Assembly (NCBI RefSeq): GCF_000341895.1
Contig: NC_020409.1
Span: 2,610,001 to 2,642,000, forward strand
Length of the DNA: 32,000 nt
Reading direction: 5' to 3'
DNA from: Pseudodesulfovibrio piezophilus C1TLV30
Lineage (GTDB): Bacteria; Desulfobacterota; Desulfovibrionia; Desulfovibrionales; Desulfovibrionaceae
Shown here: one piece after another, positions 8,332-16,849 of the stretch
How positions within the stretch are numbered: the stretch's first letter is position 1
Layout: each line of letters begins with the position of its first letter
Notes under the pieces: generated by a model
What the model was told of the DNA's origin: nothing
The model's database searches: none
What the model saw: the letters and a program-made list of their open reading frames with translations, nothing else
Translations under genes and position numbers: made by a program

Positions 8332-8430
8332 GATGCCTTTTCTGATTCTCCCTTCCTCGTTTGGCCGATACTCCCCGGTGGAATATTGAGGGTGTGGAAA
8401 TGTCGTTGACAGGGTGCTGATGAGCGCTGC

Positions 8431-9153
8431 TTATTTTTTCATGCCGCGTACGTCTTCTGCTATTTCTCCGTCATGGAGCTTGATGACGCGTCCCGCTTCC
8501 TTGGCAACTTCCTCATCATGGGTCACCAGGACAATGGTTCGCCCGGCATCGTGCACGGAATGGAAAAGTTTCATGATCTCAGTGGACGTATTCGAGTCCA
8601 ACTGTCCGGTTGGTTCATCGGCAAGGATGATGTCAGGCTCGTTGAGCATGGCTCGTGCCATGGCCACGCGTTGTTGCTGCCCACCGGAAAGTCGTGACGG
8701 ACGAAAATCCATGCGGTCTGCGAGGCCGACCTGTTCCAGGAGTGATTTGGCCCGTTGTTGAATTTCCCCGTTGGGCTTTCCGGAGTAGAGGCCGGGAAGA
8801 ATGACATTTTCCAATGCCGTGGCATAGGGAATCAGGTAAAATGATTGGAAAATGAACCCCAGTGAGTTGTTGCGCAGATCGGATTGCCGGTCGTCATCCA
8901 GCGACGAGGCATCGTGCCCGAGCAGCTTGTAGACGCCGGAAGTGGGCCTGTCGAGCAGCCCTATGATATGGAGCAGGGTGGATTTGCCAGAACCGGATGT
9001 CCCCTGAAGCGCGACAAACTCGCCCTTTTCTATGTTCAGGGTGATACCTTTGAGAACAGTAATTCCGGGGTGCTCTTCACCGTTTTTTTTCTCGGCAACC
9101 TGTGCAAAGGTTTTGGTGATATCTGTCAGATGAATGGCCGAAGTCATGGTCAC
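8431..9153 (-). CDS. ABC transporter ATP-binding protein (MacB/LolD-like)
   Basis: Walker A GTSGSGKST, signature LSGGQQQRVAMARA, Walker B IILADEPTG, H-loop VTHD. Confidence 0.95.
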   Translation of the reverse strand: MTMTSAIHLTDITKTFAQVAEKKNGEEHPGITVLKGITLNIEKGEFVALQGTSGSGKSTLLHIIGLLDRPTSGVYKLLGHDASSLDDDRQSDLRNNSLGFIFQSFYLIPYATALENVILPGLYSGKPNGEIQQRAKSLLEQVGLADRMDFRPSRLSGGQQQRVAMARAMLNEPDIILADEPTGQLDSNTSTEIMKLFHSVHDAGRTIVLVTHDEEVAKEAGRVIKLHDGEIAEDVRGMKK

Positions 9154-9198
9154 CTATTCCGGTTGAGATGGTGGGAGCTGGAGGCATGGGAAAGCACG

Positions 9199-10287
9199 TT
9201 AGTTTCCTTTACTCTTGACCTTGGAACCGGGCAGGACGAGTTGGGTCGCCACGATTTCTCCTTCCTTGAGGCCGGAGGCTATTTCGCTGTATTCCAGGCC
9301 GATAAGGCCAAATTCAGGCTGAACTTCCCGTGGGCTGGTTTCCGGGTCGTCAACGACGAAGACAACCTGCCGGTCGGAGACCCACTTGAGGGCCGTGTTC
9401 GGGACGGCCATGACGTTCTTTTTCGTCTCGACGATGATCTTGCATTGGGTGGTCATTTCCGGGCGCAGAGACTGAGCCTGCTCTTTGGAAATGGTCACTA
9501 AAGCACGGTAATAGACGATGTTATCCCGGATTTCAGGCTCCGGGTAGATGCGACTGACCGTTCCCTCGAATATCTTGTCCCTGTAGGCGTCGACAGTGTA
9601 ATGAACAGGCAGTCCTGTTGCGACACGACCAATATCGGTTTCGTCGATATATATCCACATTTCGAGGCGGGAAGGGTCGAGCACCGTGATCAGATTGGAC
9701 ACGGACAGGCCTGAAACAACGGTTTCCCCTTCCTGGGCCGCAACCTGTGAGACAACGCCGTCAATGGGAGAGAATATTTTTGTATAGGAAAGTTGGACCT
9801 TGAGCGTCTCAAGCTTGGCACGAGCGGCATCCACGCCATGGCGGGCCATCTCGGCATCCTGATAGGCGACGTCGAGGGAGTCCTGTGCTTCAAGTTTCTG
9901 CCGGACAAGAGAACGTTTACGAGGTAGATTCTTTTCCATGTATTCGAGTTTTGCTTCCTGAAGGCGAAGATTTGCAGTGGCTTCTTCCATACGTGCTCGG
10001 AGTTCCCTGGCATCTATCTGGGCTATCAGGTCTCCCTTTCTGACAAGGTCGCCGACCTTCACCGGCACCGATTCCAACACGCCGGTAGCCTGTGCTCCGA
10101 TCTTGACCTGTGCGCCGACCTGAGCCTTGACTATGCCGGTGGACTCCAGAATCTTGGAGACATCGGCGCGGGCGACCTTGGTTGTCTTGAGCACCTTGAT
10201 CCGGCCTTTGCCGCCGGAGTCCGTAAAATACCAGACGCCTCCGCCTGTGATCAGTGCCGCGATGAGGATGAAAATGAGTTTCTTCAT
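9199..10287 (-). CDS. Periplasmic adaptor (membrane fusion protein, HlyD/MacA family)
   Basis: N-terminal anchor MKKLIFILIAALITGG, lipoyl-like VKVGDLVRKGDLIAQID, a coiled-coil segment and a beta-barrel C-terminus. Confidence 0.9.
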   Translation of the reverse strand: MKKLIFILIAALITGGGVWYFTDSGGKGRIKVLKTTKVARADVSKILESTGIVKAQVGAQVKIGAQATGVLESVPVKVGDLVRKGDLIAQIDARELRARMEEATANLRLQEAKLEYMEKNLPRKRSLVRQKLEAQDSLDVAYQDAEMARHGVDAARAKLETLKVQLSYTKIFSPIDGVVSQVAAQEGETVVSGLSVSNLITVLDPSRLEMWIYIDETDIGRVATGLPVHYTVDAYRDKIFEGTVSRIYPEPEIRDNIVYYRALVTISKEQAQSLRPEMTTQCKIIVETKKNVMAVPNTALKWVSDRQVVFVVDDPETSPREVQPEFGLIGLEYSEIASGLKEGEIVATQLVLPGSKVKSKGN

Positions 10288-10293
10288 GGTGTT

Positions 10294-10791
10294 CTATTTG
10301 TCGGCCTGTTTGATTTCCTGTTTGAGCACATCTGAGAATTTTGGCATTCGTAACTGCCTTCGTCGCATGAGAATATCTCGGAAGGTCGTGGACTTGAATC
10401 GAAATCCGCAGTCTGGCCGAATCCAGCCGCCTTTATAATATATAGATTCGGACGGATAATTTCTACATAAAGGAAGCCTGTTTTCATAACAGACGCATAA
10501 TCCGTCATCCCCTTGCATCGAACAGCGAAAAACAAGATGGCCAAGGTCGCCCCTGCCAGTGGGAATAAAACGTTTATGTTCAGGTTCGCGGGCGCAGAGC
10601 TTTTCAAAATCGCGCATCTTTTTAAGCCAGTGGCCATCTTTGAGCAGGATATCATGGCAGCATTTCCCACAAAATAGGCAGTGACCGACAATTTCCACAT
10701 CGCGGCCCAGAACAAAGGAGCGGAATCGTCGGAAAAGTCCTCTATACAGCTGTATAAAGTCCACTGCTATCCTCCGAACTCCTTGATCCAT
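10294..10791 (-). CDS. YkgJ-family cysteine-cluster protein (putative Fe-S/Zn binding)
   Basis: HCLFCGKCCHD (CxxCxxCC) plus later Cys residues (CSMQGDDGLCVCYENRLPLC). The listed start overlaps the upstream gene by 25 nt, so the start is uncertain. Confidence 0.7.
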   Translation of the reverse strand: MDQGVRRIAVDFIQLYRGLFRRFRSFVLGRDVEIVGHCLFCGKCCHDILLKDGHWLKKMRDFEKLCAREPEHKRFIPTGRGDLGHLVFRCSMQGDDGLCVCYENRLPLCRNYPSESIYYKGGWIRPDCGFRFKSTTFRDILMRRRQLRMPKFSDVLKQEIKQADK

Positions 10792-12146
10792 GATCGGATG
10801 GGAGTTTCCATGAATGTCTGTATTTCGGTGAGCCGTGACGCTGATTCCGCTTCAAAGCGGAGGACAAGGGCTCCTTGTGTATTGGAAGCACGGACCAAAC
10901 CCCACCCGTCACCGAATTCGACCCGTGCGCCATCCATGTCGATGACTTTGTGGTCTTTTTTGAAATGAGCCTGAGCCTTGGCAACGACCTGAAACTTGAT
11001 GTCTTCTGGGCAGTCCATGCGGATTTCCGGGGTCGTGAAGGTGGTGGGCCAGTCCGCGAGATATTCAGAGAGGGGAGTGGTTGACCGGCTCAGGATCTCC
11101 ATGAGCTTGAGTGCGCCGTATGTGGCATCGTCAAATCCATGATAACCATGGAAAAAAAACATATGACCGGACATTTCTCCACCGATGGCTGCGCCGGTTT
11201 CAATCATCCTGCTTTTGACGATGGAGTGCCCGGTTATACACATTTCACAGGTTCCGCCATGGTTCTCGATATCTTTGAAAAGCAGGGTGGAGCATTTGAC
11301 GTCGGCCACAACGCCCGCGCCGGGGACTGTCTTGAGCAGGTCTCGGGCATAGATGGCGAGCAACTGATCGCCGAACATCAGGCTACCTTTTTCATCCACC
11401 GCGCCGATGCGGTCTCCATCCCCATCCAGACCGATCCCGACATCCGCACCCTCTTCAACCACTTTGGCCTTGAGGTCTTCAACATATTCTTCCACCACCG
11501 GGTCAGGATGATGATTGGGGAAAGAACCGTCCGGTTCACAGTAGAGGCGGATGACCTCAGCTCCGGCGGTTTCCAGGATATCGGCAGTCAGGTCTCCGGC
11601 AGCACCGTTGCCACCGTCCACCACCACCTTGACCGGGCGCCCTCGTTGCGAGGAGAGGGAACATCGGCCGAGCAGGTCAGCCTTGTAGGTGGGCAGGATG
11701 TCGTGGAAGGAGATCAGTCCCGAACCTGAGGGAAAGTTTCCTGCTTTCATGATGTCATATATGGCGGTGACTTCTTTGCCATAAATGGTGGAAGCTCCTC
11801 CCCAGACCTTGAACCCATTATATTCACTTGGATTATGGCTGGCCGTGATCATGACTCCCGCCTGGTAGTTCAGATGTTTGGCTGCGAAATAGAAAACCGG
11901 TGTGGAGACCTGGTTCAGGCAGAGGACGTCAACACCTGTTTGGGCCAGACCATGGGCCATGGCCTGCTGATATTCGGGAGAACTTGCCCGACAGTCGTGA
12001 CCGAGAATGGCACGGGACCATCCCTGTTCTTTGAAATAGGTCCCGCATGCGCGTCCCAAAACCGTGACCCATTCAGCGTCAAAATCCTGATCCACGATAC
12101 CTCGGATGTCATATGCACGAAAAATATGGGGTTTGATGTCTTTCAT
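10767..12146 (-). CDS. Phosphomannomutase/phosphoglucomutase (alpha-D-phosphohexomutase)
   Basis: IFRAYDIRG, active-site TASHNPSEYNGFK, metal loop GLDGDGDR, GEMSGH. Start set at the ATG 12146 (MKDIKPHIF...); the listed 12176 start is a TTG. Confidence 0.9.
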   Translation of the reverse strand: MKDIKPHIFRAYDIRGIVDQDFDAEWVTVLGRACGTYFKEQGWSRAILGHDCRASSPEYQQAMAHGLAQTGVDVLCLNQVSTPVFYFAAKHLNYQAGVMITASHNPSEYNGFKVWGGASTIYGKEVTAIYDIMKAGNFPSGSGLISFHDILPTYKADLLGRCSLSSQRGRPVKVVVDGGNGAAGDLTADILETAGAEVIRLYCEPDGSFPNHHPDPVVEEYVEDLKAKVVEEGADVGIGLDGDGDRIGAVDEKGSLMFGDQLLAIYARDLLKTVPGAGVVADVKCSTLLFKDIENHGGTCEMCITGHSIVKSRMIETGAAIGGEMSGHMFFFHGYHGFDDATYGALKLMEILSRSTTPLSEYLADWPTTFTTPEIRMDCPEDIKFQVVAKAQAHFKKDHKVIDMDGARVEFGDGWGLVRASNTQGALVLRFEAESASRLTEIQTFMETPIRSWIKEFGG

Positions 12147-12372
12147 GAAGAGAGTTTGCCTGTCTCTTGCGGACAATTCAAGCCACCAAAAGGACTGAAT
12201 GGGGTCTTTCTGTCATGAAAGTCGTCTTTTTTCCGTTCAGGGCGCAGGAAGACCTGCAGTATGATCGGGGAGAGGGCTTTTTTTGAAAATCGGACATGAC
12301 CATGGGTACTTTCAATACTTTTCACCAAGTTGTCTTGACCTCTTCTTCCAGACAGCCTATTTCTGTCTCATT

Positions 12373-13443
12373 ATGAATTGGGATTGGGAAAAATTACAAA
12401 AGCAACAACAGGGGCGACCCGGTGGCAAGCCACCGAGTTTCGACGATTTCCAGAATCAGTTTGATAAGTTCAAGCAGTTCAAGCTGCCGGGCTGGAAATT
12501 CATCGTACCGATTATCCTTCTCCTCTGGATAGCATCCGGTTTCTACATCGTAGAGCCGGACGAGGTGGGTGTGGTTAAACAGTTCGGCCAATTCAACCGC
12601 ATCACCACCGCGGGACCGAATTATCACATCCCGTATCCTGTGGAGAGCGTCCTTACTCCGAAAGTGACGCAGATCAGACGTATCGAATTTGGTTTCCGTT
12701 CTTCCGGGCGGGCCAGGGTGCAGAATTTTCAACAAGGTGCCAGTCGAGAAGTGCCTGAAGAGGCTCTGATGCTCACCGGCGACGAAAATATCGTCTCCGT
12801 TCAGTTTATCGTTCAGTATCAGATCAAGGATGCCAAGGATTACCTCTTCAATGTCTATGATCCGACAAAAACCATAGTCCACGCAGGTGAAGCCGCCATG
12901 CGCGAGGTTATCGGTAATGGCAAGATTGACGACGCCCTGACTACAGGCAAGATGGAAATCCAGGTGCAGACTCGTGACTTGATGCAACGGATACTCGAGT
13001 CCTACAAGACGGGTATCAGTATCGTCGCTGTCCAAATGCAGAATGTGCATCCGCCTGAACAGGTGGTAGACGCTTTCAAGGATGTGGCCAGTGCCCGCGA
13101 GGACAAGAGCCGCTTTATCAATGAAGCTGAAGCTTATCAGCGAGATATTCTGCCCAAGGCCAGAGGTGAAGCTTCTCGTATCATCAATGCGGCTCAGGCA
13201 TACCAGGAGTCCAAGGTTCGTAAAGCTCAAGGTGATGCATCTCGTTTCCTCGCTGTGCTCAAGGAATACAGCAAGGCCAAGAAGATTACCCGAGAGCGCC
13301 TCTATCTGGAGACCATGGAAACCATTCTGGAGAATCCGGAAGTCGAAAAGCTCGTCATGTCCGACGATGCCCTCAAGAAATCCGTTCCCTACCTGCCGTT
13401 GGACAAGCTGCCCAAGGCTGCTGCTCCTCGGGAAAAGAATTAG
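12373..13443 (+). CDS. hflK: FtsH protease modulator HflK (SPFH/band-7)
   Basis: MNWDWEKLQKQQQGRPGGKPP... typical HflK N-terminus, one TM helix, and an SPFH domain with a C-terminal EAEAYQ...AQG repeat region. Start moved from TTG 12283 to ATG 12373. Confidence 0.9.
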   Translation: MNWDWEKLQKQQQGRPGGKPPSFDDFQNQFDKFKQFKLPGWKFIVPIILLLWIASGFYIVEPDEVGVVKQFGQFNRITTAGPNYHIPYPVESVLTPKVTQIRRIEFGFRSSGRARVQNFQQGASREVPEEALMLTGDENIVSVQFIVQYQIKDAKDYLFNVYDPTKTIVHAGEAAMREVIGNGKIDDALTTGKMEIQVQTRDLMQRILESYKTGISIVAVQMQNVHPPEQVVDAFKDVASAREDKSRFINEAEAYQRDILPKARGEASRIINAAQAYQESKVRKAQGDASRFLAVLKEYSKAKKITRERLYLETMETILENPEVEKLVMSDDALKKSVPYLPLDKLPKAAAPREKN

Positions 13444-13455
13444 GGCAGGTGTAAA

Positions 13456-14307
13456 ATGAAAGCGACAACTTTAGCACTCATCATTGGCGTCGTTCTCGGT
13501 GCCTTCGCATTGACTCAGTCCGCCTTTACCGTCGAAGAAACGGAAAAGGCCATCGTGATCCAGCTTGGCCGTCCAGTCGGCGACAAGGAGCTTGGACCGG
13601 GGCTTCATTTCAAGTTGCCCCTGATTCAGAATGTGGTCTACTTTGATGCCCGTATTCTTGATTTTGATGCCAAACCCGAAGAGATCACCACCACCGACAA
13701 GAAGTACATGAATGTTGATTCATACAGCAAATGGCGGATTGTCGATCCTTTGACCTTCTATACCAAGGTGCGCACCATCCAGGGTGCTCAGGCCCGTTTG
13801 GACGATATCGTCCGTTCGCAATTGCGGGTTGCCCTCGGACGATACACTCTTATAGAAGTTGTTTCCCACAAGCGCCAAGAGATCATGGATGCAGTGACAA
13901 GACGGTCCGAGGAGCTTCTTAAGCCCTATGGAATCGATATCATTGATGTCCGGATCAAGCGGACAGACCTGCCTGCCGAGAATGCTCGCGCTATTTTCGG
14001 CCGCATGAAAGCAGAGCGTGAACGTCAGGCCAAGCAATATCGCTCGGAAGGACGCGAGGCTTCTGCCAAGATTATTGCCACGGCTGACAAGGAACGCTCC
14101 ATTATTTTGGCCGATGCCAATAAGCAGGCCGAGATTGTACGAGGCGAAGGGGATGCCGAGGCGACGAAGATTTATGCTGACGCTTTGGGGCAATCTCCTG
14201 AGTTCTATGCGTTTATGCGAAGCCTTGATGCATATCGAAAAGGCTTTGGGAATAATTCCCGGTTCATTCTGACTCCCAAGAGTCCTTTTTTGAAATACAT
14301 GCAATAA
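13456..14307 (+). CDS. hflC: FtsH protease modulator HflC (SPFH/band-7)
   Basis: It starts 12 nt after hflK. N-terminal TM helix, SPFH domain and the ERERQA...AEGDAEA region. Confidence 0.9.
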   Translation: MKATTLALIIGVVLGAFALTQSAFTVEETEKAIVIQLGRPVGDKELGPGLHFKLPLIQNVVYFDARILDFDAKPEEITTTDKKYMNVDSYSKWRIVDPLTFYTKVRTIQGAQARLDDIVRSQLRVALGRYTLIEVVSHKRQEIMDAVTRRSEELLKPYGIDIIDVRIKRTDLPAENARAIFGRMKAERERQAKQYRSEGREASAKIIATADKERSIILADANKQAEIVRGEGDAEATKIYADALGQSPEFYAFMRSLDAYRKGFGNNSRFILTPKSPFLKYMQ

Positions 14308-14330
14308 ACGATAAATCCAAAAAACAAACA

Positions 14331-14367
14331 GGGATGCGGGATGCGTGAGCAGTCCGCATCCCTTTTC
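14331..14367 (+). terminator. Intrinsic terminator after hflC
   Basis: gggatgcgg / ccgcatccc, a 9-bp stem followed by TTTT. Confidence 0.75.
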
Positions 14368-14413
14368 TGTTGTCCTGTTGTTGCCTGATATCGAAAAACA
14401 ACTTGACAAATGC

Positions 14414-14449
14414 GGGAGATTCTCCCAAGGTCGCCGGGAGATTTTCCCG
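14414..14449. promoter_or_regulatory. Two related palindromes (candidate operator pair)
   Basis: GGGAGA-T-TCTCCC (14414-14426, perfect) and CGGGAGA-T-TTTCCCG (14435-14449, one mismatch). Centres are 22 bp apart, between the hflC terminator and the repressor gene. Confidence 0.35.
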
Positions 14450-14528
14450 ATAGTGAGAATCCGTGAGATGCCTCAGGATCGAGTTGTCAGAAAATAATCT
14501 CATTTTATATAAAGAATGAATGTTCTCA

Positions 14529-14557
14529 TTGACTAGCGCATAATTTACTGCATATTG
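14529..14557 (+). promoter_or_regulatory. Candidate sigma-70 promoter of the CI/S24 repressor gene
   Basis: TTGACT (14529-14534), a 16-nt spacer, then CATATT (14551-14556). AGGGAG SD at 14585-14590 and ATG at 14596. Confidence 0.4.
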
Positions 14558-14595
14558 GCGTATAACCACAGCCAAATCAAAAAAAGGGAGCCCGA

Positions 14596-15318
14596 ATGCC
14601 CAAGAAAAAGAGACAGTGCGACGAAGCACAGTTGAAGTGGTTTGAAGAGGCACTGGAACGCATCAAGAAAGCGACTGGTGCCAGGACCCAGGTCCAGTTG
14701 GCCGAAGTCCTTGATGTTCGCCAGTCCAGTATTTCCGACGCAAAACGTCGTTGTTCCATACCGGCCGAATGGTTCCTGAAGTTATACCGCAGCCACGGGC
14801 TTGATCCTGACTGGCTTTCCGAGGGCGTGGAGCCTGTTTATATCAATGCCTCCAAGGCCAAGATTCCGGCTGATACGCTGCTTCGTGAAACTCCGGCCCC
14901 CTATGGCCGTATGAATTCCCGTGGTCGTGTCGTGCCAGTCTCCACCATGGCGGGTGTTGACAAGGAAGCGGCTACCTGGGAGCCGAAACCAATCGAAGAG
15001 CTGTCTGTCCCCGAGTCCTTCTGCCGTCCCAAGCTGCAAGTCGTGAAAGTCGATTCCGCCAGCATGGAGCCTGTTATTGGGCGCGGAGCGTTTGTGGGGA
15101 TTGATCGGGATCAGAACGAACACCCGGATGGTGACTTGTGCGCTGTGTACTTCCCTCATCAGGGGCTGACTATTCGTCGAGTCTACATGCAGGGAGACAC
15201 CTTTTTGCTCAAAGCGGAAAATGAAAAATATTCCGATCTGACTATCCCAGCCGCTGAAATGGATCAGCGAACTGTCGGGCGGGTTATCTGGGTTCTTCAG
15301 AACCTTTCCCCCATGTAA
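14596..15318 (+). CDS. CI-type HTH repressor fused to an S24 (LexA/UmuD-like) peptidase domain
   Basis: N-terminus TQVQLAEVLDVRQSSISDAKRRCSIPAEWFLKL...GLDPDWL resembles the phage CI repressor HTH. C-terminus VKVDSASMEPVI...GLTIRRVY...LLKAEN...VGRVIWV resembles an S24 domain. Confidence 0.85.
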   Translation: MPKKKRQCDEAQLKWFEEALERIKKATGARTQVQLAEVLDVRQSSISDAKRRCSIPAEWFLKLYRSHGLDPDWLSEGVEPVYINASKAKIPADTLLRETPAPYGRMNSRGRVVPVSTMAGVDKEAATWEPKPIEELSVPESFCRPKLQVVKVDSASMEPVIGRGAFVGIDRDQNEHPDGDLCAVYFPHQGLTIRRVYMQGDTFLLKAENEKYSDLTIPAAEMDQRTVGRVIWVLQNLSPM

Positions 15319-15345
15319 GGGAAGCCGTCTCTTATAACATATGAA

Positions 15346-15381
15346 CAAGCCGGGCAGGACTCCTGCCCGGCTTGTTTTTTT
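15346..15381 (+). terminator. Strong intrinsic terminator
   Basis: caagccgggcagg-act-cctgcccggcttg, a 13-bp perfect stem followed by T7. Confidence 0.9.
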
Positions 15382-15530
15382 ATGGTCGTATCTCATAAAA
15401 AAACCTCCTCTTAAGAAGTGTTGCCCTGGAGGATCTGCTTGTTGGGCGATTGTCTCTTTCTTTTAAAATAACTGACATTCCTGCTGAAATCATAATATGG
15501 TATAGAGTGAACAACTTACAACCAGGCGGA

Positions 15531-16790
15531 ATGGATATGGGTGATACGAATAAGGTCCTGATAGTCGAGGATAGCAAGTTCTTCGCTTCCATACTGGTGA
15601 GAAGAATAATCAATGAATTGGGTTTTGATGTGGATTGGAAATCCAATTATGCCGATGCCGTGGCGACAATCGAGTGTTGTCAGGACGATTATTTTGTCGC
15701 GCTGTTGGATGTGACTCTGCCGGATGCGCCCAATGGTGAGATCGTGAACTATGCCTTGGGTAAAGGGATGCCGAGCATTATTTTTACCGGTGGATTCGAT
15801 GGAAAATTGCGCAATCAGTTTGTCGCATGGAATATCGTCGACTATATTCTCAAGGATTCCGCTTCATCTGTTGACATGCTTTTGTCCACAGTTCACAGAA
15901 TTTACATGAACCGAGATATTAAAGCTCTTGTGGTCGATGACTCCAAAACCATGCGGGATTCCATTGTCAGGCTCTTGAAAACACAGCTGTACCAAGTCTT
16001 TGAGGCAGGGAATGGTAACGAAGCTCTTGAAGTGCTCGGGGCCAATCCGGAGATCAAGCTGATCGTGAGTGATTATGAAATGCCCGAGATGGATGGGTTC
16101 GAGCTGATCAAAAGGGTCCGGGAGACATACTCGAAGAATGATTTGGCCATCATCGGTATGTCAGCCATGGACGCACCATTGCTTTCGGCCCAGTTGCTCA
16201 AGACCGGTGCCAATGATTTTGTCTCCAAACCGTTTCAGGTCGAGGAATTTCATTCTCGTGTGAGCCACTCCATGGAGATGCTGGAAAATATCGCTTTGAT
16301 CAGGGATTTATCCTATAAAGATCCGCTGACGAAGTTATATAATAGGCGGTATTTCTTTGAGAATGCCCAAAATTTTATTCGTCAGGCCGAAGAGAAGGGA
16401 CGTATCGTCTGCGTCGGGATGCTCGATATTGATCACTTCAAGAATGTCAATGACACGTATGGGCATGATGGTGGTGATACAGTGCTGAAGGAAATTGCCT
16501 GTCTAATTCAGGAAGGATTTCAGGAAGATTCCATTGTCAGTCGTTTTGGCGGGGAGGAATTTTGCGTTATGGTTGCTTATGAACAGGATGCGGATGTTGT
16601 TGTTCATTTTGACGCCATGCGACAATCTGTCGAAGACATGGTTTTTGTTCTTGGTGGGCAGAATGTCCACCTGACTATCAGTGTTGGAGTCTGTTGTGCT
16701 CAGGATGAGCTTGATGTGATACTGAAGTTGTCAGATAGCCGACTGTATGCAGCGAAAGAGGGAGGGCGAAACCGGGTTGTTGCGCAATGA
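15531..16790 (+). CDS. Response-regulator diguanylate cyclase (REC-REC-GGDEF, PleD-like)
   Basis: Two receiver domains (VLIVEDS...LLDVTLPD...IIFTG...ILKD and LVVDDS...IVSDYEMPEMDG...GMSA...VSKP) and a GGDEF domain with RFGGEEF. Start set at MDMGD (15531) after AGGCGGA. Confidence 0.9.
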   Translation: MDMGDTNKVLIVEDSKFFASILVRRIINELGFDVDWKSNYADAVATIECCQDDYFVALLDVTLPDAPNGEIVNYALGKGMPSIIFTGGFDGKLRNQFVAWNIVDYILKDSASSVDMLLSTVHRIYMNRDIKALVVDDSKTMRDSIVRLLKTQLYQVFEAGNGNEALEVLGANPEIKLIVSDYEMPEMDGFELIKRVRETYSKNDLAIIGMSAMDAPLLSAQLLKTGANDFVSKPFQVEEFHSRVSHSMEMLENIALIRDLSYKDPLTKLYNRRYFFENAQNFIRQAEEKGRIVCVGMLDIDHFKNVNDTYGHDGGDTVLKEIACLIQEGFQEDSIVSRFGGEEFCVMVAYEQDADVVVHFDAMRQSVEDMVFVLGGQNVHLTISVGVCCAQDELDVILKLSDSRLYAAKEGGRNRVVAQ

Positions 16791-16849
16791 TCCGGTTCGT
16801 TGGTAAAAAAGGCATACTTCGGTGTCGTTCGCTTCCCTGACTTGACTCG

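Noticed and set aside
12394-13230. 278-aa minus ORF
   Set aside because: It is antisense to hflK, with no motifs. It is a long shadow frame.
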